The notes under the pieces are model-generated. The model saw nothing but the letters and a program-made list of their open reading frames with translations. It searched no databases and was not told the DNA's origin. A stretch of DNA of 63,647 bases, the filler included, from Guillardia theta CCMP2712 (taxonomy: Eukaryota > Protista > Cryptophyta): the NCBI RefSeq assembly GCF_000315625.1. It is 5 parts of 5 records of this genome, joined end to end, with 100 filler letters (N's around TTAATTAATTAA, not from the genome) between each part and the next. Parts side by side here need not be neighbours in the genome. Positions count along the whole stretch, not along the records: positions 1 to 28,225 come from NW_005434610.1; positions 28,326 to 38,898 come from NW_005434280.1; 3 more parts are not named here. One strand, written 5' to 3'. The position numbers were made by a program, and so were the translations under genes. This document shows positions 23,732 to 36,006 of this stretch, in pieces. Position 1 is the stretch's first letter, and every line of letters begins with the position of its first letter.

Positions 23732-24765
23732 ATGTCGTTTCTTTGTTGTACATGTGTGGATCAGAGCCAGCGCGGCATTCTTCAGACTTGCGGTAAGTTC
23801 ACAGAGATTCTGAATCCAGGCTTCAGCTTTGTGTACTGGCCCTTTCAGACTGTCGACTTTGTCAGCATCAAGGTGGGAGATGAAAGAGTAAGTTTGATCG
23901 CTCTCACAAGTATGACAGGTGACTCAGATCAATGTAAACACCCACACCAAGACCAAAGATAACGTGACGGTGACGGTCACATGTGCGATACAGTACTCAG
24001 TCACTCCACAAGAATGTGACGATTACTATTTCAAGCTTCACAATCCTCATATGCAGATCTCAGCCTATGTAGATGATTGCATTCGCTCACAAATCCCCAC
24101 TATGACCCTCGACGAATCTTTCGAATCCAAAGAATCCATGGCGGATGCCGTCAAGTCCCAGGTGGCGCATTCCATGGAGCCCTACGGCATCGAGGTACAT
24201 CAGGCCTTGATCACCAACATGCAGCCGGACGCTACAGTGATGGCCGCCATGAACAAGATCAATGCAGCCCGTCGGCAACGCGAGGCGGCGATAGAGAAGG
24301 CGGAAGCAGACAAGATCCTGCAGGTGCGAGCAGCTGAGGCTGAGGCTGAAGCGAAGCACCTGTCGGGCAAGGGCACAGCCATGATGCGGCATGCCATAAC
24401 CAACGGCTTCAAGAGCAGCATCGAGTCGATGCAAGAGTCGTAAGCGCGCTGCTGCTTGAAAGCGACAATTGTAAGTTTACCTGCCCTCCAGTTGCGGTCT
24501 ACAGCCCTCAGAGGTCGTGCACATGATGCTGGTGACGCAGTACATGGACGTGCTGAAAGACTTTGCGCAGTCAGGTGCTCCTCTCCTAGCCTCGTCCCTC
24601 CTTCTGTCTTGCCGCGTCTCTTTTTAGTCTCATGTTCCTCTCGTTCCTGCAGGCCGAGCGACTATGGTTGTGCCACACGGGCCTTCCGCTCTCTCCGATG
24701 TCGAGCAGCAAGTGCGAGGAGGTTTCCAGCAATCTCTTCCCATGACTTCGAACAGCATGATCTAG
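23732..24765 (+). CDS. SPFH/Band-7 protein (HIR-like), 4 exons
   Basis: CCTCVDQS..CGKF..LNPG, TKTKDNVTV, ISAYVDDCIRSQIPTMTLDESF, AMNKINAARR, AEAEAEAKHLSGKG, MMLVTQYMDVLKD, PHGPSA. Confidence 0.93.
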
Positions 24766-24979
24766 TCAAGATCCTTAACACCCCACGACTAGACGCTGAC
24801 AGATTGATCCATTGTTATGCCTGTGTGATTGATGATTGATCTGCTGTGGTGTTATGAAAGTTGTACATATCTACTTTGTAGCTCCTTCTTTATGTTCTAT
24901 CGCGTGCCCATTGTAATCCGTTTCTCTAGCTCATTGTTTCAACATAAACATCTGCATCTGCAGGATCAGCGAGCTGTCA

Positions 24980-27856
24980 TAGCGACCCCAATGCACAAGC
25001 ACTAAGAAACAAAACCACGTGTTGACTGAAAACAATCGGAGATTTATGAAAAGGATTATTCAGAACATCACATTTATGGGAACAAATTACACGATGGGAA
25101 CACTTGACATTTTCAAAATGATTGAGAGTGTCAACTCCCGCCTTGGCTTGTGTGAGGTCTGCGTCCTTGAAACAAAGTTGAGAGGGAGCGAGAGGGGAAC
25201 AAAGAACAGCACCTCTGCCCTTGTATGAGCCTCGCTTTGCCGCAAGAAACTTGTGTCGGATCTGAGGCATGAGTGAGAAGTGCTCAACTTGCCACTGCAA
25301 GATTGACCTGATTGTAAGATTGATCCGAGCTGCGAACTCCAAGCTGAGCGGGACAAAGTCAATGTAACAGCTCGCAACCTCAGCACGAGTCTTACATCAT
25401 TGCCAACTCTCTCGAAGCCAAGGTTGTCCACAACATCGAACTCCTTGATGCTCGTTCAGTCGATCATGCCATTCAACCAGCATAGTCACCTTCGCTCCAA
25501 AGTGCTCTGACAGACGAGAGTTGAGAGCCTTGTCCCAAGGGTCCAGCTCACCCTGAACCCCAACTTACAACCAGCCAAGGCTGAGACCGACTGTGAACCT
25601 GCGTGATCTCGGTGCTCGTCTTCTTGATCTGCAGGATTTCTCCCCCAAACTCTTCGGATGATTCCGACATGTACTCCTGCTCATATTCAAACTAGACACA
25701 ACTTCGCTCTTTCTACCTGCAACATCTGCATGGGCGATTGCAGCCACAGCACTTTCTCCTGCTCCTCAGAGTTGAGTTCGTCTGTCGCATTCCTCCGCAA
25801 CTGCCAATAAAATGACAAAGGATTGTAAACATTTCCGATCTCATCGCTCAACCGCAATCTCAATCTTCTGCATGCGACTAGGGGCAGACAGCAAGTCAGA
25901 GGGGAAGAGCTCGTAAAGCCAGACAAAGATTACGCTCCGAAAGGATTGAAGAAATCTTCCAAGCCAGGAAAAGATCTCAACCTACAGGCACGTGAGGGAT
26001 GCAGCGGTGGGCTGGCCACAAGAGGGACTTACTCTTCTAGTTCGGAATCGGTCTCTTCCTGAAAGAGGGGTTGAGAAAGGCAGCTTGACTAGATAAATGT
26101 TCACCTCGTCCTCCTTGCCAGGGACAAAAGTTGCAATCTTGGGTCTTTCTTTGAAATACTTGATCTGAAACATTAAGAGAAGGAGAGTAAGAAGGGTTTG
26201 ACATCGATAACAAGAGTTCGAAAGCGACGAACGAGGCAGCTTACGTCTGGCAAGTCCTCTCGAAGCCTCTCAAAGATTTCCTTGATTTCTTTCTTCGATC
26301 GGTGCAGCCCTTGAACTCGATCAATGATGGGACCAACGATCTGTCTCCTGCTGTGATGGCCATGAAGAGAGCAAGACTGGCACCTGCTCGTGAATCATGA
26401 TGCTCTCACTCGATTCTTCTTTTCCTTCCTCCGAGGAATCTGACGGCTCGAAACCAGCTTGGGTAAGCACTTTTCGGTCCTGTAACCTGTCATTCTGGCG
26501 AATCTTACTTCAAAGTCACCTCTTCATCTGTTGTGGTAGACGAGGTGAACAGAGCGTCTTCTTTCCTTTCTTCTTCCCAGATCTGACAGCCAATTTCAAA
26601 TGATAAAACAGCACGTCATCTGCTCCCCACGTCTGCCGCTGCTTCTATCAACGTTTTTGCACACGCTTCACTGCAATTCCATCCTCTGACTACCACTCCA
26701 CACTTGAGCAGCCGTTTGGCTTCTTCGATGTCTCCTCTGAGTTTTTAAATTCCAAGTCATCTGACATCCATTCAGAGGTTATCAGACCTGTCGCAGGCGT
26801 CTTGGAGAAGCCTCTCAGCATCGTCAAGTACCTGCATGTTACAGTAAAGAGGGAGTTGGGTAGGCCAGAGGAGCGTGGTCACCTTGAGATCGTCCTCAAG
26901 ACTGTATTCGGTTTTGTCTATCGGAGGAGGAGGAGGTTTCAACTCAATCTTCCCAAAGAGCTACATCTCTTCTCAAATGTTTTCTTCTTACTCCTCCTCC
27001 AGTCACCTCGTCCAACTCCGAGTCCTGAGGTTCATTGCGAATGTTCCAGTTGTACCCAAAGTCGCTCTTCCTTGTCATTGACTGTGCCTCTACTTCTTGC
27101 CGTGTCCTGAAGCTTTCCTTGTTTGCGGCTGACCTCTCCTCTCCTGCACCTGTCATACATACTCAACGCATCGCTCTCGGAGATGGAAGGAGGTGTAACT
27201 CAAAGGTTTGCTTACGAGTCTCTTCAACCTCAGATCTCTTGTCTCCAGTCTGTCGTCGAGTTCTTGTCGGAGTCGTGGGGATTGCTGATTGTGACTTCAC
27301 AAGCGAACGACGAGGTCGTGTGGCCTTGACACCCTGCCATCAGTTCAAGTCACATATCAGTTCAAGTCACATATCAGTTCAAGTCACATATCACTTCAAG
27401 TATGATCAACACATGTGAAAACTATCCAACTCGAGAATAGCACGCAGAGCAAGAAGTGCAAGGCATCAAGAGCTTGACCTTGCTTGAATGCGGTTGATCG
27501 AGGTAGAAACCAACTCCCTTGCGGTCTCGTTTGAAGATATATCCTGGCTTCAATCCTGATACGCCAAATCAGCTCATGTACTGATGATAGCACTAAAGAG
27601 AGGTCGCACCAGTGAAACTACTTGAAGGGATGAAGTCAAGGGGAAGAGCTTGCGTCTCATTCGCTTTCGACGACCTCTTTCCACCTCGTAGCCTCAAGGG
27701 CTCCTCTCCTCCTCCCCTTCGCGCTGTAGCAATCATTCGCAGTAATCTCTCATCTACTTTTACGGGCGCAACGAGAAAAGATTCCTTCAAGCCCTCAGCA
27801 AGTGAGAGGAGAAGAAGACCCTGCAGCAGCATCGAAGCGACTGTTCTTGCTTTCAT
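24980..27856 (-). CDS. Hypothetical multi-exon protein with signal peptide and LRLRGG motif; 3' end approximate
   Basis: MKARTVASMLLQGLLLLSLAEG hydrophobic leader; LRLRGG at 27697-27680; many short exons and introns downstream. Confidence 0.55.
27341..27400. repeat. 17-bp tandem repeat (CAGTTCAAGTCACATAT) about 3.5 copies
   Basis: Direct sequence. Confidence 0.85.
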
Positions 27857-28646
27857 AACGTCTACACGTCCGAATGGATCGCGAGGAAGGAGGAAAGAGT
27901 TCACAACAGCAGGATCAGAAGCAGTAGTTGTTGGTGGAGGTTTAGGAAGGACTAAACAAACTATTCTCCTGATGGGAAGAGAAAGCAGGAAGGGGTGGTG
28001 AAGGGATTGGAGACGGGGACGGGGAGAGAGGGAGCGAGAGAGGGAGAGAAGGAGAGAAGGAGAGAGAGGGAGAGAAGGAGAGAGTGAGAGTGTGTGAGAG
28101 AGGGGGGGGCGGGGGGGCGAGGGAGCGAGGGAGCGGAGGGGAGCGGAGAGGAGGAGGGGGGGGGGGGGAGGAAAGGGGAGGGGAGGGGAGGGGAGGGGAG
28201 GGGAGGGGAGGGGAGGGGAGGGGAGNNNNNNNNNNNNNNNNNNNNNNNNNNNNNNNNNNNNNNNNNNNNTTAATTAATTAANNNNNNNNNNNNNNNNNNN
28301 NNNNNNNNNNNNNNNNNNNNNNNNNGAGTCTTGGCTGGGACCGGGCGGGGGACAATTCGTCGCCGTTACTGGGGGGATCCTTGTTAGTTTCTCTTCAGGC
28401 TCAGACGGCTCAAACTCTTTCAGTTCGCTGCTGCCATGATGGCTGAATAGAGTCAGCGGCCCCTCCCCTCAGGCCTCATTCAACTTGTTTCTCTATGTAT
28501 TGAGTAGCGCAGTCACGTTAAGAGCTCAAAAGATGACTTCCAACCTTGCAGGCTCGGGGCACTACTGTCCCTGACCGCTCGTCCTCAAAGTCCTGCAGAG
28601 CTCTGCTGCTCTCCTAGTCTCGCTGCCTTGTCGCTCGGTCCGACGG

Positions 28647-31100
28647 TCACCATTCTAGGACTCTCGGCTCTACACGTTGGCTCATCCTCGAGAGCATGTA
28701 GTCTCGATGAGCGTCCAGAAAGGTCCTGGTGCAGACAGCCTGGCTGATGTCTTGCGCCTGCTGCTCCTTGGCATCTGAGAGCCGCTCGGAGCATGACAGG
28801 AGCCAGGGAGGCACGTCCATGCCCATGAGGACGCAAGCTTGCTTCTGCATCTCCAGGCGAGCAAGATCCACGTCGATGACGTGGCACTGACAGTCGATCA
28901 TGCGGCGCTGACGCTCGACGTAGTCAACCGGGGCTTCACGTGTCTCCCTCCTCATCTTCTCCTGCGCGTCCAAGAGGCTGCGCTTGGCGGCCCGGTACTT
29001 GAGGTACTGCTTGGAGGGGTCCGAGCAGACTCGGAGGGCTGCGTCCTTGCTGATGGGGCTGCGACTGCTGTCGCGGACTTGACGGAGCACAAAGGAGCAG
29101 GCAATCCTCTCTTGCTCAACCTCCCGCTGCATATCCTGCAGTCTCCTCATCTCCGCTCTGCGTCTGACCTCGCGGGGGTCGAAGTATCTGAGCATGAAGG
29201 GCTCGCGCCGCTCCAGCATTGCGGAGATCCGCTGCGAGTCCGCTCTCTTCCTGTCCTCGTCGACAGGCTGGCCGGGAGCCAAGTGCCTGTGCGCGTACTC
29301 GACTAGGCTGCTCTCGATAGGCGACTCGACTCCGCGGTACTTGTCGATGACGTCCTTGATGGCAGGCTGTAGCTCCTCTGAGAACGACAGCAGGTCTGGC
29401 TTCCCCTGACAGCTGCTGTGGAAGTGGTCGATCGTTGGTTTGAGGCACCTCCAGCAGAACTCGTGCCGGCACTTCCTGCACGTCATGTGGTCGCATCCTC
29501 CCATCTTGACGATGCGGTACCCGCACTTGGTGCAGGGCTTGGAGGTCCTTGCGATCTCCTCCTGGTCACTGCGAGCCTCTGCTCGGGCCTCCTCGCGCTC
29601 TTTGCCGCTGGCGATCCTGCTGATCCTCGCCTTCAGGGAGGTGAGAAAAGCTTTATCGCACATGCTGTGGATGTCTTGAAGGCTCAGCGACGTCGTCGCC
29701 TCCGGCGGAGCATGGTGCTGCGGGTCCTCTACCGCCGGGTTGCGGATCATGCCCTCGAGCGTCTGTCGCGTGCTCTCGAACAGCTCACGCTTCTGCTCGA
29801 CGATCCGCAGACGCGCATCGAGCAGTTCGACGGCGACCTTGTCGGCAGGACGAGCATGGAGCTGCCGGGAAATGGCGGAGATCTCTAGCTCCTCCCTCCT
29901 CTTGATGCTGCTGAGCCGGTCTCGCATGCCTTGCATAGTCTGCTGCAGCTCCTCGTCCACGTAGTCGCCTTCCTCCTCAAATCTCCTCATCCTCCAGCGC
30001 ACGTGTTCATGGAGCTCAAGGCGTTCCTCGCCCTCCAGTCGGTCTTCCCCCCTGTACAGATCCATCCAAAGTAGTCGTGCTCGCAGCCGGGGGTCTTGCT
30101 GGGCTTCAGCGCCTCTGTCTTCCTGCTCGGTCCCTTGCGCCTCGACCTCCTGCGTCCTCGAGTCTGCTGCCGCCACATGCGTTTGACTGCCGTCAACTGT
30201 GGGCGGGCGAGGGTCGCGGGCGGCGGGCGGCGGGCGAGGGTACCGTCTGAGCGCTGCGGGAGGGTCGCGCAGTCTCATTCGTCTCAGCTCATCACCCGTC
30301 GCATCGTACACCTGATCGAGAGCTCGCAACCCCTCCTCAGTCAGGACTCGCTGCTCGCAGTCGACGAGAATGTGGGAGGGAACCAAGCTTCCGGACGCCA
30401 TCGAGCAAGCAGCGCAGTAGGTGGCCATGCAGCTGTCGCACTTGACCGTAGCCTCGCTCGCCGCATGTCCAATCAACACCAGCCTCGAGACGGCCTGGCA
30501 GCAAGGGGACAAGCAGGGCAGGTGACCCAACTTCCAAGCGTCGTACTTGCTCTTCTTGCTATGGTAAGCCTTGAGCAGACGCTGCGCTTGCTCATCGTCA
30601 GCGTAGATGAGGAGCAGAGCTTGGATGTTGTAGCCGACTATGGTGCTGCATCCGGGATGAGGGCAGGTAGGGGGCACCAGGGACTCTTGCTCGTCATGGA
30701 GGACGTGCTCCAGCAGCCTCTTGAAGCAAGAGGCATGGAACATGTGACGGCAGGTCAAGCTCACCTTGTTGCTCATGTCAAAGTCTGTCTCCTGGCAGAT
30801 CACGCAGAAGTACTCGCGGCCTGACTCCTCCTCCTCGTCCTCGTCGTCGTCGTCGATATGCTGCTGAGAGGAGCATGTGTTGCAGTCCACAAAGCGCTGG
30901 CTGAGGAGGTCTGTCATCTTACCAGAGTCTCCGCACGTCTGATCCCATATGCTGCGAGCGCGCGTCAGTGAGCTTCTCATACCAGCACATGCAAGGATCA
31001 GGTACCTCGCAGCATCCTCGCTGCAGACCTCCTGCAGGAACTCGTACTTCCGTTTCATTGGCATCACAGCCAGAGTTTCGGAGCTGCTCGGAGCAGACAT
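28647..31100 (-). CDS. RBR (RING1-IBR-RING2) E3 ubiquitin ligase, intronless, copy 1
   Basis: CVIC...CRHMFHASC...CPHPGC; IBR-like CLSPCC...CDSCMATYCAAC..H; RING2 KPCTKCGYRIVKMGGCDHMTCRKCRHEFCWRC. Confidence 0.9.
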   Translation of the reverse strand: MSAPSSSETLAVMPMKRKYEFLQEVCSEDAARYLILACAGMRSSLTRARSIWDQTCGDSGKMTDLLSQRFVDCNTCSSQQHIDDDDEDEEEESGREYFCVICQETDFDMSNKVSLTCRHMFHASCFKRLLEHVLHDEQESLVPPTCPHPGCSTIVGYNIQALLLIYADDEQAQRLLKAYHSKKSKYDAWKLGHLPCLSPCCQAVSRLVLIGHAASEATVKCDSCMATYCAACSMASGSLVPSHILVDCEQRVLTEEGLRALDQVYDATGDELRRMRLRDPPAALRRYPRPPPAARDPRPPTVDGSQTHVAAADSRTQEVEAQGTEQEDRGAEAQQDPRLRARLLWMDLYRGEDRLEGEERLELHEHVRWRMRRFEEEGDYVDEELQQTMQGMRDRLSSIKRREELEISAISRQLHARPADKVAVELLDARLRIVEQKRELFESTRQTLEGMIRNPAVEDPQHHAPPEATTSLSLQDIHSMCDKAFLTSLKARISRIASGKEREEARAEARSDQEEIARTSKPCTKCGYRIVKMGGCDHMTCRKCRHEFCWRCLKPTIDHFHSSCQGKPDLLSFSEELQPAIKDVIDKYRGVESPIESSLVEYAHRHLAPGQPVDEDRKRADSQRISAMLERREPFMLRYFDPREVRRRAEMRRLQDMQREVEQERIACSFVLRQVRDSSRSPISKDAALRVCSDPSKQYLKYRAAKRSLLDAQEKMRRETREAPVDYVERQRRMIDCQCHVIDVDLARLEMQKQACVLMGMDVPPWLLSCSERLSDAKEQQAQDISQAVCTRTFLDAHRDYMLSRMSQRVEPRVLEW

Positions 31101-32495
31101 GGAGGAGGAAGAGGCTTTCTGATCGCAAATGCAAGTAGGAGAGCTATGAAGATCTTGATTGAAGAAGAGCCGAAGATAGGGAAGGGAGGGAGATGTAGAG
31201 GGAGGGAGCTCGAGCAGGGGGTTTGCTTGGAGCGGGAAGCAGGTTGGGAGATATACCAAGGGAAACTGTAGGTAAGAAATGGTGGGTCTAGAGGGGTGGG
31301 GAGAGAGATATGTAGGGGTGGGGGGTATGAAGAGACGGGAGGTAGGTAGTTGATTGAGGCAAGGTAAGGAGGTAGGGTATTTTTGCAGTCAGCGCAAGGT
31401 GATGTTTCCACAGGTATATATAGGCAAGAGAATAAGGAGAACGAAGGAGCGTTCCTGGGGACAAGTAGGGGGTAGGGGGTAGTACCAGGAAGATCCAAGT
31501 GGAACTTGCTCTTGTGGTCAAGTTGTTTGTGGGACTGAACTTGAACCCTAACTAAACCCACCACCGTCTCGGATCCTTTACTCAAGTTTAAGGCTGATAG
31601 TCACTTGAGTGTCCGAGGGCGCCCGCAACATGAATCCGGGCCCTGAGTCCGGGACGGCCCGGGCCCCGGCGCCGAACTAAGTTCCGAAGATCCCCTCGGC
31701 CCGGAACCCGGCCGGCCGCGAAGTCGGACGGTGACCGGACGCCGTACGGACCTTGACGGTTCAAGTTCCCGGGCCGGGCCGCCGCCCGCTCTGACTCGTC
31801 GGCTCGCCTGGCACAGCGATCACTGGACATCGCTGGCATTGCGCGGGAGCCTCGGAATGGTTCTTCGCATAATCAACATCATCGTACTGATGATTAACTT
31901 AACTTCGAGTATAGTAACTTAAGAAACGGCGACCGCTGGAGCCTAGGAGGGACTATTGTACGCCGCCGGGGCCCGGCGGCGTAGTGACTGTGACGCCGGT
32001 CACCGGCCCGGCTGGGCAACTCCCCGGGCCGCGGCGGGCAGGCCGCCCCCGGGACTCCGCCGCACTGGCTACCGTACCGTCACTGGGTACCGTAGTACAG
32101 TACGGTGCCAAAGTCCGATCCCCGGACCGCGCGCCCGCCTCCCGCCGCCTCAACCGTGGCTCCGACAATCATGAGTCTCTGCTTGAGCCTCTGAGTCTTC
32201 CCGCTTCACTCGCCGTTACTGGGGGGATCCTTGTTAGTTTCTCTTCAGGCTCAGATGGCTCAGACTGTGTCAGTTCGCTGCTGCCATGATGGCTGAATAG
32301 AGTCAGCGGCCCCTCCTCTCAGGCCTCATTCAACTTGTTTCTCTATGTATTGAGTAGCGCAGTCACGTTAAGAGCTCAAAGATGACTTCCAACCTTGCAG
32401 GCTCGGGGTACTACTGTCCCTGACCGCTCGTCCTCAAAGTCCTGCAGAGCTCTGCTGCTCTCCTAGTCTCGCTGCCTTGTCGCTCGGTCCGACGG

Positions 32496-34956
32496 TCACC
32501 ATTCTAGGACTCTCGGCTCTACTCGTTGGCTCATCCTCGAGAGCATGTAGTCTCGATGAGCGTCCAGAAAGGTCCTGGTGCAGACAGCCTGGCTGATGTC
32601 TTGCGCCTGCTGCTCCTTGGCATCTGAGAGCCGCTCGGAGCATGACAGGAGCCAGGGAGGCACGTCCATGCCCATGAGGACGCAAGCTTGCTTCTGCATC
32701 TCCAGGCGAGCAAGATCCACGTCGATGACGTGGCACTGACAGTCGATCATGCGGCGCTGACGCTCGACGTAGTCAGCCGGGGCTTCACGTGTCTCCCTCC
32801 TCATCTTCTCCTGCGCGTCCAAGAGGCTGCGCTTGGCGGCCCGGTACTTGAGGTACTGCTTGGAGGGGTCCGAGCAGACTCGGAGGGCTGCGTCCTTGCT
32901 GATGGGGCTGCGACTGCTGTCACGGACTTGACGGAGCACAAAGGAGCAGGCAATCCTCTCTTGCTCAACCTCCCGCTGCATATCCTGCAGTCTCCTCATC
33001 TCCGCTCTGCGTCTGACCTCGCGGGGGTCGAAGTATCTGAGCATGAAGGGCTCGCGCCGCTCCAGCATTGCGGAGATCCGCTGCGAGTCCGCTCTCTTCC
33101 TGTCCTCGTCGACAGGCTGGCCGGGAGCCAAGTGCCTGTGCGCGTACTCGACTAGGCTGCTCTCGATAGGCGACTCGACTCCGCGGTACTTGTCGATGAC
33201 GTCCTTGATGGCAGGCTGTAGCTCCTCTGAGAACGAAAGCAGGTCTGGCTTCCCCTGACAGCTGCTGTGGAAGTGGTCGATCGTTGGTTTGAGGCACCTC
33301 CAGCAGAACTCGTGCCGGCACTTCCTGCACGTCATGTGGTCGCATCCTCCCATCTTGACGATGCGGTACCCGCACTTGGTGCAGGGCTTGGAGGTCCTTG
33401 CGATCTCCTCCTGGTCACTGCGAGCCTCTGCTCGGGCCTCCTCGCGCTCTTTGCCGCTGGCGATCCTGCTGATCCTCGCCTTCAGGGAGGTGAGAAAAGC
33501 TTTATCGCACATGCTGTGGATGTCTTGAAGGCTCAGCGACGTCGTCGCCTCCGGCGGAGCACGACCTGGCACGTCAGGAACAGCGGGGTTGCGGATCATG
33601 CCCTCGAGCGTCTGTCGCGTGCTCTCGAACAGCCCCACGCTTCTGCTCGACGATCCGCAGACGCGCATCGAGCAGTTCGACGGCGACCTTGTCGGCAGGA
33701 CGAGCATGGAGCTGCCGGGAAATGGCGGAGATCTCTAGCTCCTCCCTCCTCTTGATGTTGCTGAGCCGGTCTCGCATGCCTTGCATAGTCTGCTGCAGCT
33801 CCTCGTCCACGTAGTCGCCTTCCTCCTCAAATCTCCTCATCCTCCAGCGCACGTGTTCATGGAGCTCAAGGCGTTCCTCGCCCTCCAGTCGGTCTTCCCC
33901 CCTGTACAGATCCATCCAAAGTAGTCGTGCTCGCAGCCGGGGGTCTTGCTGGGCTTCAGCGCCTCTGTCTGCCTGCTCGGTCCCTTGCGCCTCGACCTCC
34001 TGCGTCCTCGTGTCTGCTGCCGCCACATGCGTTTGACTGCCGTCAACTGTGGGCGGGCGAGGGTCGCGGGCGGCGGGCGGCGGGCGAGGGTACCGTCTGA
34101 GCGCTGCGGGAGGGTCGCGCAGTCTCATTCGTCTCAGCTCATCACCCGTCGCATCGTACACCTGATCGAGAGCTCGCAACCCCTCCTCAGTCAGGACTCG
34201 CTGCTCGCAGTCGACGAGAATGTGGGAGGGAACCAAGCTTCCGGACGCCATCGAGCAAGCAGCGCAGTAGGTGGCCATGCAGCTGTCGCACTTGACCGTA
34301 GCCTCGCTCGCCGCATGTCCAATCAACACCAGCCTCGAGACGGCCTGGCAGCAAGGGGACAAGCAGGGCAGGTGACCCAACTTCCAAGCGTCGTACTTGC
34401 TCTTCTTGCTATCGTAAGCCTTGAGCAGACGCTGCGCTTGCTCATCGTCAGCGTAGATGAGGAGCAGAGCTTGGATGTTGTAGCCGACTATGGTGCTGCA
34501 TCCGGGATGAGGGCAGGTAGGGGGCACCAGGGACTCTTGCTCGTCATGGAGGACGTGCTCAAGCAGCCTCTTGAAGCAAGAGGCATGGAACATGTGACGG
34601 CAGGTCAAGCTCACCTTGTTGCTCATGTCAAAGTCTGTCTCCTGGCAGATCACGCAGAAGTACTCGCGGCCTGACTCCTCGTCGTCGTCGTCGTCCTCGT
34701 CGTCGTCGTCGATATGCTGCTGGGAGGAGCATGTGTTGCAGTCCACAAAGCGCTGGCTGAGGAGGTCTGTCATCTTACCAGAGTCTCCGCACGTCTGATC
34801 CCATATGCTGCGAGCGCGCGTCAGTGAGCTTCTCATACCAGCACATGCAAGGATCAGGTACCTCGCAGCATCCTCGCTGCAGACCTCCTGCAGGAACTCG
34901 TACTTCCGTTTCATTGGCATCACAGCCAGAGTTTCGGAGCTGCTCGGAGCAGACAT
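32496..34956 (-). pseudogene. RBR E3 ligase copy 2, frameshifted near 33634
   Basis: AGCCCCACGC vs AGCTCACGC in copies 1 and 3 splits the ORF into 33574-34956 and 32496-33707 (sequencing error not excluded). Confidence 0.75.
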
Positions 34957-36006
34957 GGAGGGGGAAAAGATGATAGATCAACCAGTACATATAGGCAAGA
35001 GAATAAGGAGAACGAAGCAGCGATCCTGGGGACAAGCAGGGGGTAGGGGGTAGTACCAGGAAGATCCAAGTGGAACTTGCTCTTGTGGTCAAGTTGTTTG
35101 TGGGACTGAACTTAAACCCTAACTAAACCCACCACTGTCTCGGATCCTTTACTCAATTTTACTGAGGCTGATAGTCACTTGAGTGTCCGAGGGCGCCCGC
35201 AACATGAATCCGGGCCCTGAGTCCGGGACGGCCCGGGCCCGAACTTCCCCGGACCGCCGCGACCGTTCCGTACGGATGGTCAGTCAAGTTCCGAAGGTCT
35301 CGGGCCCGGGCCGGCGCCGGCGCCCGCTCTGACTCGTCGGCCCGCCTGGCACAGCGATCACCGGACATCGCTGGCGGCATTGCGCGGGAGAATGGTTCTG
35401 CGCACAATTAAGTGAAGGTATCAGTTAAGTTTGGGGGACAGCAGCCTGCAGGATACTTTTTGGTTCTCGCTGTCTTGTCTATTGTCGCCATTTGGCCAGT
35501 GTGACAGTATCGTACTGATTCAAGTTCAACTTAACTTTGAGTAACTTAAGGAACGGCGACGGCTGGAGCCTAGGAGGGAGTACCCGGTGGCGTTCAACGG
35601 TCACCGGCCCGGCACCGGCCGCTGCCAAAGTCCGATCCCCGGACCGCGCGCCTCCCGCCGCCTCAACCGTGGCTCCGAATCATGAGTCTCTGCTTGAGCC
35701 TCTGAGTCTTCCCGCTTCACTCGCCGTCACTAGGGGGATCCTTGTTAGTTTCTCTTCAGGCTCAGATGGCTCAGACTGTGTCAGTTCGCTGCTGCCATGA
35801 TGGCTGAATAGAGTCAGCGGCCCCTCCTCTCAGGCCTCATTCAACTTGTTTCTCTATGTATTGAGTAGCGCAGTCACGTTAAGAGCTCAAAGATGACTTC
35901 CAACCTTGCAGGCTCGGGGTACTACTGTCCCTGACCGCTCGTCCTCAAAGTCCTGCAGAGCTCTGCTGCTCTCCTAGTCTCGCTGCCTTGTCGCTCGGTC
36001 CGACGG

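Noticed and set aside
28270-28281. TTAATTAATTAA palindrome flanked by N runs (also at 38943, 57257, 61735)
   Set aside because: Artificial all-frame-stop linker between contigs; adjacency across these gaps is not guaranteed
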